A DNA stretch of 63,608 nucleotides, counting the filler, from Dimorphilus gyrociliatus (lineage: Eukaryota > Animalia > Annelida): assembly GCA_904063045.1 (NCBI GenBank). It is 4 parts of 4 records of this genome, joined end to end, with 100 filler letters (N's around TTAATTAATTAA, not from the genome) between each part and the next. Parts side by side here need not be neighbours in the genome. Positions count along the whole stretch, not along the records: positions 1 to 15,934 come from CAJFCJ010000165.1; 3 more parts are not named here. The stretch is one strand, 5' to 3'. Under the pieces are notes generated by a model. That model made no database searches, was not told the DNA's origin, and saw only the letters and a list, made by a program, of their open reading frames with translations. The position numbers and the translations under genes are program-made. Below are positions 1-12,573 of the stretch, in pieces. Each line of letters begins with the position of its first letter. The stretch's first letter is position 1.

Positions 1-765
1 GAGTATTAGAAACCTGATTGGAATGACACAGCCTGGGAAGATAACAATTGATTTTGAGATGGGTTTGTGGAGAGCTGTATCAAAAATCTATCCACAATCA
101 CAAATTCATGGATGTATATTCCATTTCACACAGGCAATGTATAGAAAACTTCAGGTAAAATATTCATTCTAAATTTAATCTTTGAAATTTTTCTTAACAA
201 TGAATGTTATTTCAAGTCTCTTGGCTACTGTGGGAAGTATATGGAGAAAGGAGAGGACTGCAGAGACATGAGAAAGCTGATAGCTTTACCTTTGCTGCCT
301 ATTAATAACAGTGTGGAGGGATGATACAATAGAATGAATAGTAAAGTACCATCTAAAGGATCATTCTATTGGCTGGTCGATGAACTGAAGAGAGAAACAG
401 ATTTAGTTATTATCTATGAAAAGCTTATGTCTGAGAAGAAGATTACTAAGTACCAAAAAAAGCAGTATACTGAAATAGAGAAAAAAATATTTGAAATTTG
501 GGAAAATTATAGACTTGGAGGGCTTTTGGCTGATGAACTATTAGTTCAAACATCATATATTTATGCTCCATAATATTCTTTTCTTAAATGCTTTTATTTC
601 ACTTGCTTCATTTTTTTTATCTTTTATCATTAAATGTTTTTTAATATCATTTTCTTTGTATTTTATATGCTTTTTTTAGTATTAATAAATAAAATGTTTA
701 GAATTTCAAGGGTACGGTTTCACCCGGTATGGATACGGTATTACTCAGGCACGGTTTCACTTTAA
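1..765 (+). mobile_element. Mutator/MULE transposase 3' remnant with subterminal repeats
   Basis: Translates as HGCIFHFTQAMYRKLQ|intron|SLGY...LIALPLLP and SFYWLVDELKRE...IFEIWENY, homologous to the transposase at 18116-20240; repeated ACGGTTTCAC near 714-760. Confidence 0.75.
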
Positions 766-810
766 TCATATTTTTGCTTGAAATATATTACTATAAACAA
801 CTTATAACAA

Positions 811-1000
811 TCTAACCTTCACAGGAAAACACAATAAGATTTAATCAAATTATATTTCAATGAATCATTCTGAAGTTTCAACTTTTATAGATGAGGTGTG
901 GTCAAGTTATAATGTAATTGACACTCTTGTGATGTGGCTCAGTTATATTTCTAATGGTCCACCTAAGTGTTAGACCTTGTAACATATTTCTACCTGCGGA
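811..1000 (+). repeat. Interspersed repeat family R1, partial copy
   Basis: GGAAAACACAATAAGATTT and GGTGTGG(T/C)CAAGTTATAAT shared with the copies at 30.26 kb and 32.2 kb. Confidence 0.6.
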
Positions 1001-2624
1001 AACTTTGGTGGAAGTTACTCAACATTAAGAAGACTCAGAAGTTTATATGGTAATTTATTAGTATCAGTTGTTTTTGTACTTTATAGTATTGTTGTATTGA
1101 GTATCCTGAGATTTTATATCTAAGCAAGCTAAGAACTGTTAAATTAAATTTTAAATAATTAATGAACTCTCCATTGTTTGATCTTAATTTACTTAGTTTA
1201 TTTAATTAATTGCCTGATTCTTATTAAGGAAACAATTTTCGACATTTAGATTACGCAAAGAGTTTGTTGATTGTTTTCGCTCATGACAAATAACTATAAA
1301 TCCATTTTTCATTATTTTGTTGTTTGATAAACTCAATTTAATGAGATTCTTACAATTTTTTAAAAGTGTTTCTTAGGATTCAACTTGATCTCCAGTCAAA
1401 TTGCAGAAATCTAAATTTATATGTTGAAAATTTAGAGGAGGGTTATGATTTAAATTATATAGTAACTGTTGTATATTATCAGTCAAGTTATGCATATTTT
1501 TTAACTTGATGTCATCTATAGAAGACAGTGGCTTAGTTATGTGCATAAAACGAAAGAAATCTGATTTTGATGTTACTTTTAGGTAAGACAGATTTAATAT
1601 TTTTAGAGAACTAAAATGCTGAACTCTTAAGTGAATTATTAGATCAATTATTCTTTTGGTATCAGAGTAATATCCTGTTTAAGTGTAAAGATTGAAAAGA
1701 ATTTGCCAAGTTTCACGAAAGTAGTAATTTATAAATCAATTTATGTTTACACATAAATTTTATCAACAAATTTTTATTGAATAAATGAAAACTGTCAAAA
1801 TTGGCAAGATAAAATCAAACTTTTCTTCATTTTCTTTCTCTTTAAAAGCAATTGTTCTGATAAGAAAATGATGTTATTGATAGAGCCACCAAATGCTAAT
1901 ACAGGCTCTACTACCTCCTGACCAGACAAAAGGAATGCATGATACTTACTATATCGTAGATGTGTTGGACAGAAGTAGTAGTGAATAACAATATAATGTA
2001 AAATTAGCTTCTACTGTTCTGTGTGTAAGAAAATTGGAAAAAAGACTTTCCTCAGCTATTATCCCAAAAATTGGCAAATACAAACATTAACAGTCTAGCT
2101 GTAATGGCAAAAAGAGAAGTCATATTTCAACCCTTATGAACATGATTTCTTTGTGTGATTAAATTTGACAAAATCTCAAAATATTTTGAATTCAATACCA
2201 GTTTATTTCTATTTAAAAAATAATTGGTATTTGATTACTACTCATATCTCATTCTTGGAAAAAAACAGCAAAAAGATCAGTTGTTTGGTTCAAAAAACTG
2301 TTGACAACAGTTTTTCTTTGCTAACAATTGATTTCAAATTTCAAACATATTGAAGATGTAAAAATCGAAAAGAAGATGTGACAAAAGTTTTTCCGTTAAT
2401 CGTCTAGAAAAGAGATCTATATTTAAACAAACTATAAAATACAAGACTCTAATATTGGGACATGAAAAAATTGCAACAATGAATGGTAAATTGCCTTAGA
2501 ATTTTCATTTGAAAATATAGTAGAACTGTTCTCTATGGATGACAACCTGCTGAAAACTCATAAAAAAAGATATTCATATTGTACAATTTTGGCTATATTC
2601 TATGCTTAAATTATATTACTTTAT

Positions 2625-3070
2625 GCAACAATTGATACATGTACCTCTTAAAGAACCTACGCAAGAAAATACAATAACATTTGGCCAAACATAGACTTGG
2701 TTAGTCATCCTTAAGGTTCATCTTTAATTGCCAGTTAAGATTTAGCCAAGTTATAATTTAATTAACTTGCCTAAAGTTTGGCCAAGTTACAATTAAATTT
2801 GCCTTCCTAAGTGTTGAACCTTTTAACATATGTTTCTAAAGATAAACATGAACTAGACAGTTCAGCAACTGTAAAGTGACGATTGGATATAAGAGGCAAT
2901 CCTCAAAGTGAATCAACCCTCACTGTTTTCATTCAAATCATGACATCCCAGCCAAACCATCCTAGAAGATATCTTCTAGAAACAACCTTCACAGGAAAAA
3001 GCCTTCTACTCCTCAACATAGGAAGACAGTTTGGTGATTTGGCAACCTGCTATTACAAACTATCTGCTCT
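2625..3070 (+). repeat. Interspersed repeat family R1
   Basis: Collinear with 32200-32650, with GGCCAAGTTATAATT subrepeats and the AACATxGGAAGACAGTTTGGT..GGCAACCTGCTATTACAAACTATCT block. Confidence 0.8.
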
Positions 3071-3166
3071 GCCAATTAGTAAAATTAAGAAGTTTTGCAG
3101 TAAAAATCAGTTAATTGAGACGTCAACAAAGGCTTAATTATAGATAATTTTGTTTTGTTGTGAAAA

Positions 3167-4042
3167 ATGAAGAGAGATATTGATTTGAAAAGTTCCAAAA
3201 GATTGGAAAGTATTACTGTTGGACTTGCCAAATCAGTCAACACTTTGAAACATGTCAATTTTACATATTGTAACATTTCGGAAGAAGGTCATCAATTGAT
3301 TGAAGAACTCTTTAGACTTTGTTCCAAATTGGAGAAAATCAATCTTGGAGGTAATAACTTTATTGAAAAAGGATTAGAGAATATTTTATGCGGACTAGTT
3401 CCATCATCAAATACTTTAAAACATCTGAATTTCAAATCGTATAATTTAAATAAAGAAATGTGTCAAAAAATTGGAAAGTTTTTAGAAGGTTGTTCCCACA
3501 TTCAATCAATAAATCTTGGACAGAATTTTCAAACAGAAAATGGATTGGCTTATATTTGCGAAGGACTTATTCACTCAAAAGAAAGTTTGAACAATGTGAA
3601 CTTTGAACGTTGCTATTTAACAGAAGCTGATTGTAAGAGTTTAGCTAATCTTTTTCAACAGTGTTCCAAAATAGAAGTAATTAATATTTCTTATAACAAT
3701 CACATTGGTTGTGGATTATTATACATTTGCAAAGCACTTTTGCAATCTGTAAATAGTTTAAGGAGTCTAAATTTTGAATATTGTAATATTAATGAACAAG
3801 AATGTGGCGAAATTGGTAGTCTATTGAAAGAATGTTCCAAAATAGAGAGTATTAATCTGGCAGAAAATTTTAATATTGCAGTTAGATTTTCAGATATTTT
3901 CACGGGGCTTAAACATTCAACAGGCACTCTAAAGCATATCAATGTTCAGAATTGTAATCTTGCAGAAAGTGAATACAAGGAGTTAAGAAATCTTTTATCT
4001 AGCAATTCAGAAATTGAAATAATTGGAATGAGCAAAACATAA
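3167..4042 (+). CDS. Ribonuclease-inhibitor-type LRR region, probably the C-terminal part of an NLR-like gene
   Basis: 291-aa ORF of alternating 28-aa LRRs (LxxLNFxxCNL / IExINLxxNxxI); similar LRR text follows the NACHT remnant at 10.1-10.5 kb. Confidence 0.8.
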   Translation: MKRDIDLKSSKRLESITVGLAKSVNTLKHVNFTYCNISEEGHQLIEELFRLCSKLEKINLGGNNFIEKGLENILCGLVPSSNTLKHLNFKSYNLNKEMCQKIGKFLEGCSHIQSINLGQNFQTENGLAYICEGLIHSKESLNNVNFERCYLTEADCKSLANLFQQCSKIEVINISYNNHIGCGLLYICKALLQSVNSLRSLNFEYCNINEQECGEIGSLLKECSKIESINLAENFNIAVRFSDIFTGLKHSTGTLKHINVQNCNLAESEYKELRNLLSSNSEIEIIGMSKT

Positions 4043-4891
4043 ACAAGTATAGTCAATTTCCAAGGGTTAATATATGAAGAAAAAAAATGGGATTATCATG
4101 CGATATATTCAGTATGGACCAACTATTTATAAGTCACCTTGGAAAATTTAGAAAGATTGGTGTTTTAAATATTATTATGTTACTGAATAATATTTTTAAA
4201 CTTAGTTTTAGTAGTCAAATCTCGACAAAAAGGTATCAATCCAAATGCGTTACTTGCTATTTTATTAAAATTTATATCACTAAACTATCTAGGAGTGGCG
4301 CCTAAAGAATTGGGAAAGAATATGAGCAAACACGGTACAATTTGAGAATTTGTCAAAGATTTGTCACAACACCCAAATTAGGTCAGTAAATGATAAAAGT
4401 CTTAGCAGCATCTGATTTTGGATCAGTGATGATATCTCTTTTCATCTGTAAGAGCAAAACAAATGTTACCTCTCTCTCTCTCTTTCCCTCTTTTATTCCT
4501 TGGCTGTTCATGTTATGCTCAGGACACAAAAATATAATTGAAATAATGAAAAAACTTCACTAGAAAACATGTTTCAAGATAGAAATCATCAAACTTGGAA
4601 AGAATTGCAGTATTGTACTTGAATATTTAATATTAATATTATTTCTAAGTGTTCATCAACGTTTGTTTGGCGTCAACCTTTCTTTGTGCAGATATTTTAT
4701 CAATCTTTTAATTGAAAACATATATAAGTTTTTGAAGCATTTGCTTCTTAATTTGTTTATCATTAAAAAAAGTGGTCTCTGCCTTGTATTCCAAATTTTC
4801 TATTTGCAATAACCATTTTTCTTAAGTGAAATAAACTGTTAAAAAATTTAATTTTGTTTTCTGTGAATAGTTTTTGAAACTGAACAATACA

Positions 4892-5939
4892 TCAATGAAT
4901 TCTGTAATACTTGGAAGAATACATTATAGTAATTTGAGAAAAATATCCAAACAAATTGCCAAAAATGTTTGCTCTGCAACAAACTTTTGGAGAAATAGCT
5001 TTACTTTTCACAATGATAAATTTGTTTCCAATTTGTATCTTCTTTATATTTGTTAAAACTGTTAAATCTAAAACATCCTCAAATAAAAAGTCTTCTTTAT
5101 GTAATATCCCATTGGTATCAAAATTTTCTTGATCTCTCACTTCCAAAGATTGCAATTTTTTACAATGTACACAACAGTATTTAAATAATATATGCAAATT
5201 AACAGATGTGTCTACCAGTATAACATTTTCTAAAGTTTTACCAAATTTATTTAAAATAATGTTAAGGATGTCATTGCTTAACATTTCTTTCTTTATTTCC
5301 AATATATTTTCTTCTTCTAAACTTTCTTCTAAAAGTTTTCTTATGTTATCACTGAAGTGAAGCATGTTTCTTGCAATTTTAGAATGTAGGAGAATTCTTT
5401 CGAAGAAATCCATGTGTTTTTGTTTTACAAATTCCATAACATTAAAAATATTAATATTATTCAGTTTTTTAAAAATCTCATCAAGGTCATTCTTCTTTGG
5501 TGTGAAGAAGTTAGGCAATTTTAATCTTCGTTTTTTGTTTTTGCTTTCAAGTTTTCCATTTAAAAATTTGGCTGCAAGAAACTCTTGAAAGGATAAATGA
5601 TAAAACTGTATTTCAACTTTGTTTGTTGTCATTGGAATAATTTGAATTATACTTTTTAAATTTGACTCAATGAATTCAACTTGATTTTTATCATCTTCCA
5701 AAATAACTTTACTCTCTGATAGACTTGTAAGGCAAGTAGTGTAGTAGTGTACTCTGCCAATGATTATTTATTACTCTATGTGATACTAGTTTTGTTGAAA
5801 ATGCATCAAAGAATGATTGTATTTTTAGTTTTTCTTCTATATCTTCCTTGTAATAATTAAGGCATAGTTTCTCTGCAGTGCTTAGTCTATTTAAATTCAT
5901 ATTTATTATAAATAATTTGTGGGTAGGGCACCTGAACAA
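4892..5939 (-). pseudogene. NACHT winged-helix/HD2 fragment of an NLR-like gene
   Basis: IQFYHLSFQEFLAAKFL motif; no Walker A/B seen upstream; frame break near 5705. Confidence 0.65.
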
Positions 5940-6194
5940 TTTCTTCCAAGACTATGGCCTATCTTGGTATAAATATATCTTTATTGAAATTTTGTAGTGT
6001 ACTAAAATGCCTTAAAAAAACAGTATAATGAGATACATACAACAAATTGGGGTTATTCAACTGACAAATGGCTACTATATTACTTCTGCTTGTTTGCATT
6101 TTATATGAAAACACAATGTTACAGCCACATCCACAATATGATATATCGATGTTTTCGGTTATAAAGCTGAGGTTGAGACATTTCCATATTAGTG

Positions 6195-7208
6195 TCATTG
6201 TTGTATTCGCTTTTGTGAATTAGATGAAATTGAACTCTCTTTCGGAAGATGATTTTTGCAAAGGATGAGTTTATAGAATTCATTTTTAAAATTTCCACCA
6301 TTGAGACAATAGAATATAAAATTAACCATGTTATTTGTATGACCAATTAAAGGCAAGACATTCCCAAATACGATTCCGAGCGTATTTGAAATGATGATTG
6401 GATCAATTATATAAATCATAGCATGTATAGCAGAGGAAAAGGTTGTTACCACAAAAACAATTGAAAGTGATAGAGTTAAATAAATCAGTTTTATTGCTGA
6501 TGCTTTCATCTTTTTTTCATGATCTTTACTGCTAATCTTGCTCATTTTTTTTATGTGTCGATTCAGAAAGATGATGATTAAAACGTTTAGTAGTCCCATG
6601 CAAATACATGGAAAGATACTAGACATTACTTTTAAAAATATGACATATTGGGTAATGTATGATAAATTAAAATCTAGGGTACAGTCAAACATTTCAGGAG
6701 AAATTCTAAAAACTCCATTCACCATCCAAAATAGAGGTATAGCTGTCAATATGCAAAATAGGGCTACAAACAGAATGATACAATTACAAACTTTATTGGT
6801 TGACCAAATTTTAGATTTTGTTGGAAAAGCTATACATAAAAGTCGATCGAATGTAACAAAGATCAGGCATAGAGACGATGATATAGAAAATACATGGGAT
6901 AGATAAGTATAGAATCTACATGCTAACCAAAAATACGCTGTTTCACCAATAGACCGTATTGAGATCTGACTACCTGCTTGTATTATCAGACTGATACAAA
7001 CCATCAGATCAGAGACTGTCACAGCAAGAAGATATCTAAAAACAGTCGTTTTCATTAAGTTACCTTTTATAATTGTTACCATGGAGAGGAAATTAAATGG
7101 AATACCAATTACTGATGCGAGTACCAATGACGTAATTGGAACAAGATCAGTGAGAATCCATCTGATTGAATGTGGATAAATATCACTAAAATCCAGTGAG
7201 GCATTCAT
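6195..7208 (-). CDS. Intronless rhodopsin-class GPCR (orphan, peptide-receptor-like)
   Basis: 337 aa with seven hydrophobic segments, YLLAVTVSD in TM2, FDRLLCIAFP (DRY-like) and NFIFYCL in TM7. Confidence 0.9.
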   Translation of the reverse strand: MNASLDFSDIYPHSIRWILTDLVPITSLVLASVIGIPFNFLSMVTIIKGNLMKTTVFRYLLAVTVSDLMVCISLIIQAGSQISIRSIGETAYFWLACRFYTYLSHVFSISSSLCLIFVTFDRLLCIAFPTKSKIWSTNKVCNCIILFVALFCILTAIPLFWMVNGVFRISPEMFDCTLDFNLSYITQYVIFLKVMSSIFPCICMGLLNVLIIIFLNRHIKKMSKISSKDHEKKMKASAIKLIYLTLSLSIVFVVTTFSSAIHAMIYIIDPIIISNTLGIVFGNVLPLIGHTNNMVNFIFYCLNGGNFKNEFYKLILCKNHLPKESSISSNSQKRIQQ

Positions 7209-7624
7209 ATTTTCTTCTTTAAACTAAAAGTCCCAAGAATCTTATTTCTGTAATATTTTTAATATGATGAGTCGTATCACTTTTATATTATTTTTTCTTT
7301 TTAATTGCAAACTTAATTTAAAATGCAATTAAAGAGTGAAATTTTTAACCAGACAAAAGTGCCTTTGTTGTAATTATACAGTGCATAATACACTCTTTAG
7401 TACTTTTATAAAATTAATTCATTAAAAAGACAACATTAACACCAAAACCATTTTTAATTAGTAAAGCCGTAATCTAAATCTTGAAGATATTTTGTCAAAG
7501 TCATAATTGTACACATGTATTTGTCAGCTATACTCTACAATAGATAAGTAGTATTGTACTGTGCACATAACACTGTTGGAGATAAGCAGTATTGACCTAG
7601 TTTCGCGTAGGGCAATTATGTAAA

Positions 7625-7831
7625 GGGGCCGACAGAAAACGTCCCCAAATGAGATTTTTGAAAGCAACATTTCGGATTGAAAAATGGTTAGGAGGGGTAA
7701 AGTAGCTTTTGATTTATAGTTAGGGGGGTTCCATCTAAGGGTTAGGAGCAATCAAACAGGTTATGGAGCGACAAGGGCTAGGTTAGGGTTAGGGTTAAAT
7801 CATGAATTTGGGGACGTTTTCTGTCATATCC
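7625..7831. mobile_element. 207-bp MITE of the Mutator family
   Basis: TIRs GGGGCCGACAGAAAACGTCCCCAAAT / GGATATGACAGAAAACGTCCCCAAAT; 9-bp TSD TTATGTAAA/TTATGCAAA; ends resemble the MULE at 17962-20780. Confidence 0.85.
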
Positions 7832-7989
7832 TTATGCAAATAATATGTAAACGAGGAGAGGTAGAGAGTATCTGAAAACTACTCATAAAACTAGACAAAA
7901 TTTCCTACAATTTAGTCAATATTTTTTAATACAAGGCCATTGATTACCCTTCAACATAGCCCTTAGAAAAAAATAGTCCATCAAATGAA

Positions 7990-9900
7990 AAATTTCTTTC
8001 ACCGCTGTATGTCAAATAGGATATGCTTCAAGGCTTAATACTACTTGTATATTATGTAAAGAAGCTTCTGATTGTGCAGATTGTTATTTAGAAGACATAA
8101 ATAGATTCTCTGATTATGCTACAGGAAGAATTTTGGAGAAATGCGAAGTTTGCCCTTCATTGCAAGGGTGCGTGCTGTGTGATCCAAAAAAACAGTTATA
8201 GTTGTTTGATTTGTCAACCAAGACATTTTGTAAATTCTGCTGCCATAGGAAAGGCATGTATTCCATGTGAACCAGCTATAAATTGTTTCTCTTGTACCAG
8301 TTCAAGCATTAAATGTGAAGTAGGGAAAGGTTGAGTTTCAGAACCATGCTTTACCTGCACAGTTCTTAAGTGCTCAAAGTGAGATGGTGATAACACTAAA
8401 TGCCAAGAAGGCATTGATTCTGATAAATCTGTAACAAAAGATGGAACTGCTTGTAAGATTTGTCAAGTGAAAAACTGTCAAAAGTCTTCTGGAATTGATA
8501 GTTCCAAATTTAATCCATCAAAATAATATTTGCCATATGTGTCCTACAAAATGTGACACTTGTACACATACCGGAAGTATTATTAATGAATGCAAGACAT
8601 GTAAATCAAACTATATTTTGGCTGTTAATAAAAAATATTGCGAAATTTGTCCTACAAATTGTGAAGTTAGTGAGTACATTGATATAAATTTACTACCAGT
8701 TAAACAATGTTTAAAATGCAATATTGGATACATCCCTCAACATGACAAGACAGAAAGCCTGGCTTGTATGGACAATTGATTAAGTTGTACACTGGAAGCT
8801 TCATCATTGAACATATTAGCAACATGCCAAACTTGTGCAGATAATTATTCTCTCAGTCTTAATAAAAATAAATGTATTTTCTGTGGTCATGGTTGTGGAA
8901 AGTGCTCAAAAATAGATGAAGATGTTGTAGATAAATGTTTATTTTGTAATAGTGGTTATGTTCTTCAATTAAATTCTAAGAAGACATGTCTAAAATGTCC
9001 TGATAATTATCAAAAATGTAGGTCAAAGAGCAATACTGAATCATTACGTTTACAATATTTTTGTACCAGAACTTACGGTTTAGGTGACAGCAGTTACAAA
9101 TGTGTGCAATGTCCTAACAACTCCGAAAAATGTTTCCAAGACAATACTGGAGTAAAGAAATGTCTGGAATATTCCATTAGATTTGCAGTTGATACTTTAG
9201 ATTATCATTGTAAGGCTTGTCCTTTAAATTGTGAAAAATGGTATTTCTATGTAATACTAGTCATAAGTTATACTCTTCTGGAAACAAATGAATTCCTTGT
9301 AGTAGTCCTTGTTCATCTTGTAACATTGATTCCAAGGGATCTACAAATTTTGCAACATGTATTATTGTTTATGCAACGTCAAATACCAATAGAAAACATT
9401 TAGGTAAGTTCAATTAAAAATTGAAATTCTAAATATTTTGAATAAACTCTACCTACAGCTTGCGAAAGAAGTTGCAAAACTTGTAAGTTGAATGACAAAA
9501 AAACTGGTACGCTTTGTAACAAATGCTTATCAAGATTAACTTCGAACTCCAATACTGGAGAATGTGAAGGTAAGTTTAAAAATATTCTATTCTGAACTCA
9601 ATGAATTGATTTTTAATTAATTGATAAAAAAAACTGTTCAGCTTGTCCAAATCACTGTAGTAAGTGCTCATACAAAAATGATGCCATTGGTTGTGATGTT
9701 GGATATGGGAGAAAAATTTTGGATCGAAAATGCTACACTTGTCTAAATCAGTGTTGGCTGCTTTCTGTGAGGAAATATCCATTCTAAAGATTTCATTCTT
9801 CTTATCCTGGTTGGTGTTTTCTGCAGGAATATTGTAGAAAACGGCCAGAGCCTTGTTTGGAAATGGCCAAAGACCTAGTTTTATATAAAAAATAATAATA
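7990..9900 (+). pseudogene. CxxC-repeat (furin-like/PCSK5-like) cysteine-rich protein, decayed
   Basis: Many CxxC...CxxC repeats spread across frames with stops and frameshifts; GT-AG intron candidates near 9404-9459 and 9569-9620. Confidence 0.7.
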
Positions 9901-10099
9901 ATAAATAAAGAATAATATTGATCACTATAAATGATAAGAATAGTGTGAAGATATTTATTTAATGAAAATGAAAGAACATAAAAACAAATATAAAAAAGAG
10001 TAATTGTATACAATGATTAGATGATTGGAGTGAATTGGCGATGATGTATATTGTCTAATTATGCTTTTTAACATTCAATCATCACTTTACAGTTGGTGA

Positions 10100-11320
10100 A
10101 CTATTTCACTGTTTTTTCTTACATAGGTTTTTAAAATCAGATTTTTTAAATTTTAAGTGTTAAATAAAATCAAAGTTGTACATTAAAAGTTTTTAAAAAT
10201 TATAGAAATTCATCCCTCAATGATATTTTAAATGTTCAGAGATATCTTTTAAATTCATTATCATTACGGAGGATCTTTTATTTTGGATCTTTGCAAATCA
10301 TTTTGAATCCATCTCCCATATTATCATTTTCCTTTAAATTAATACTCTCTAATGATGAACATTGTTTAAGCAGTTTTCCTAGCATTGTTGCGTTTTCAAT
10401 GTTTAAGTTACAACTCATATCAATTAATTTTATAGTTTTGGAAGATCTGGTTATACTCTACCTTACTTAAAAATTCATCTAGTGTTATTTTAACATTGTT
10501 GTAAAATCCAAATTTTCAGGTTTTGCTCATCATATTTGACATGAATTCTTTTATTAGAAATTTAGCAGAAAAAAGGTAAATGATAGTATTGTAACTCTCT
10601 ATTGTTGAATTTTGAAGGGAAAACATTTATGATACCTTTCAAACTGTCTTCCCAAAGTTTTCGTGACATTTCACCACCTTTAAGTATAATTTTACTTTCA
10701 GAAAGAAGGAGACAGCATAGTCTACAAAATTCATTTATGTCATATTGCTCTTTTTTTAAATCAGGTAAATTATGTTTTTGAATAACATCAACGAAGTCAT
10801 CATATATATCATAAAGCGTCTTTTTGAAAATATCTCCTTTCACTTTCCAGATATAAAAGAGAATCATTGCTAGAAGTGGATCTTTACACAATCTTTTCAA
10901 GAAATTCCTTAGCTTCCGTTTTACTATTGAAAGAAAACATTTGAGAATTATTCAATCCAGTTAATTCAAAAATGGCATCACATGTGCACATAATTTCTTT
11001 TGTTTTCCATTTTCTAGACCAAATTGCAGTTGGAATGTCACATTTGGCATTGTTAATCACATCATTAAGTTGATTTTCTGGAATGTGAAACTCCTCTGCT
11101 CCATCTAACAACAATCTTATATCTTTTTTCTTGTCTTTGAAAAAGATTTGAATGATTTAATTTCTCTCCTTCCTCGTTTCGATAATAAGCATTTTCCAAA
11201 CATAATCTGTTTTGATTATGTAAAAGCAAGACCTTTAGATTTGAAATAGTCAATATTCTGAATAAAATATTATCAATAGCATATTGTACACAAGACAATA
11301 CAACTATTAAAAAAAAAAAA
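10100..11320 (-). pseudogene. NACHT-LRR (NLR-like) pseudogene
   Basis: LLLDGAEEF (Walker B), LCKDPLLAMI, TLYDIYDDF and QYYHLPF, then LGKLLKQCSSLESINLKEN LRR text; several frameshifts. Confidence 0.75.
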
Positions 11321-11760
11321 GTTATTGAAGACTTGCTCAGATCTAGTCACTAAATCAGCAGAGAAACTGTTATGTTCAGTTTTCAGGGATCGTTTGGGAA
11401 AATCTACCCAAATTTTTGGGGTATGGTGAAATAATCAACTTCAAAATATTTATTGGATATCTGAAAAGGTTAAGAAAAAAGTTACCCTAAATTCTACTAG
11501 ATCAAGAGATAATAGTGCAGTATGATAATGCCAGATAAGCTACTAAATATCTTTCAACAACTTGATGGGTAATATTACACCATCAGGCCTATAGCCCAGA
11601 TCTTGCTCCTCAGACTAGTACCTTTTCTGAAATTAAAGGACCATTTCTGTGGTCAAACATATCGAAATATTTTAGGTCCAACTGCCTGAATACTTCGCCA
11701 AAGGGATTGATCAAGTTTCTGCTAAGTGGCAAACATGCATTGACGATAATATAGGAAATA
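11320..11760 (+). mobile_element. mariner transposase remnant
   Basis: Degenerate DNAR, HxxYSPDLAP and KGIDQVSAKWQTCID motifs. Confidence 0.7.
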
Positions 11761-12171
11761 TAAAGCTTTATGGACATACCAAGTTGAGAATTATATCCCA
11801 GTAAGATAATTTGAAAAAATTTGATTTCAAGTCAACTTGTATAAAAACCTTCAAGAACAAATTTAGTTTTACTTTGAAGATGATATTTCTAGTTCCTATA
11901 AAATCTTTGCTGCTGTCAACCTTTCCTTGTTTCTTTTGAGTTTCTGTATAAACCTTTTCATTTTGCCTATTATTGAATATTTGCAAAGGATTTAAAACAC
12001 AATGTTCTAAATCAAGATAATTCAAAATATTTGATGACAAGACAAGAAAGAATTATATTTTATTCAAAGAATATTTATTGAGAAATATTATCTTCTTGTT
12101 CTAAATTGGCAAGTTTAAACAATAGGCTGTTAGAGGAAATGAAAACCAGAAGATATTTTTTATTCAGATAT

Positions 12172-12573
12172 TTATTCCACATCAAAATCAAAAAATGTGG
12201 ATGGATATGGTTCATCTTTTAAAGTATAATGCCACCATTCCTTGTCGTATGGGACAAAACCATGTTGCATCATCATTTGCTTGAGTAAATTACGGTTCAA
12301 AGTTTCCTCTTTTGTAACCAAAGGAGAGTCGTGATGAGAAATAGGACCAAAAAAGTCCCATGGAGATCCCATATCAAGCTCTTCTTTGTTACTGGTATGA
12401 ACCAAAGTGAGGTCTATTGTACTTCCTCTCGAATGTCCTGATTTTTTTGCCACATAACCTTTTTCAAACACCATAGATTTATCAATATTAGGATAGTATT
12501 TTGCCTTTGTCAAAGTGTCAAACTCATCTTTTCCCCATGCGGGAAGTTTCTCTTTGCCAGCGTACGCATACAT
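12172..12573 (-). pseudogene. ddpX: Bacterial-type D-Ala-D-Ala dipeptidase (VanX/DdpX, peptidase M15D), N-terminally truncated
   Basis: SGHSRGSTID and EWWH zinc/catalytic motifs and a C-terminal EPYPxTFFDFDV; the upstream YRP motif is missing or decayed. Confidence 0.85.

Noticed and set aside
8330-8395. Alternative genetic code (in-frame TGA in the Cys-rich gene, TAA in the MULE)
   Set aside because: Intact genes end at TAA, TAG and TGA, and the affected genes also have frameshifts or substitutions typical of decay.
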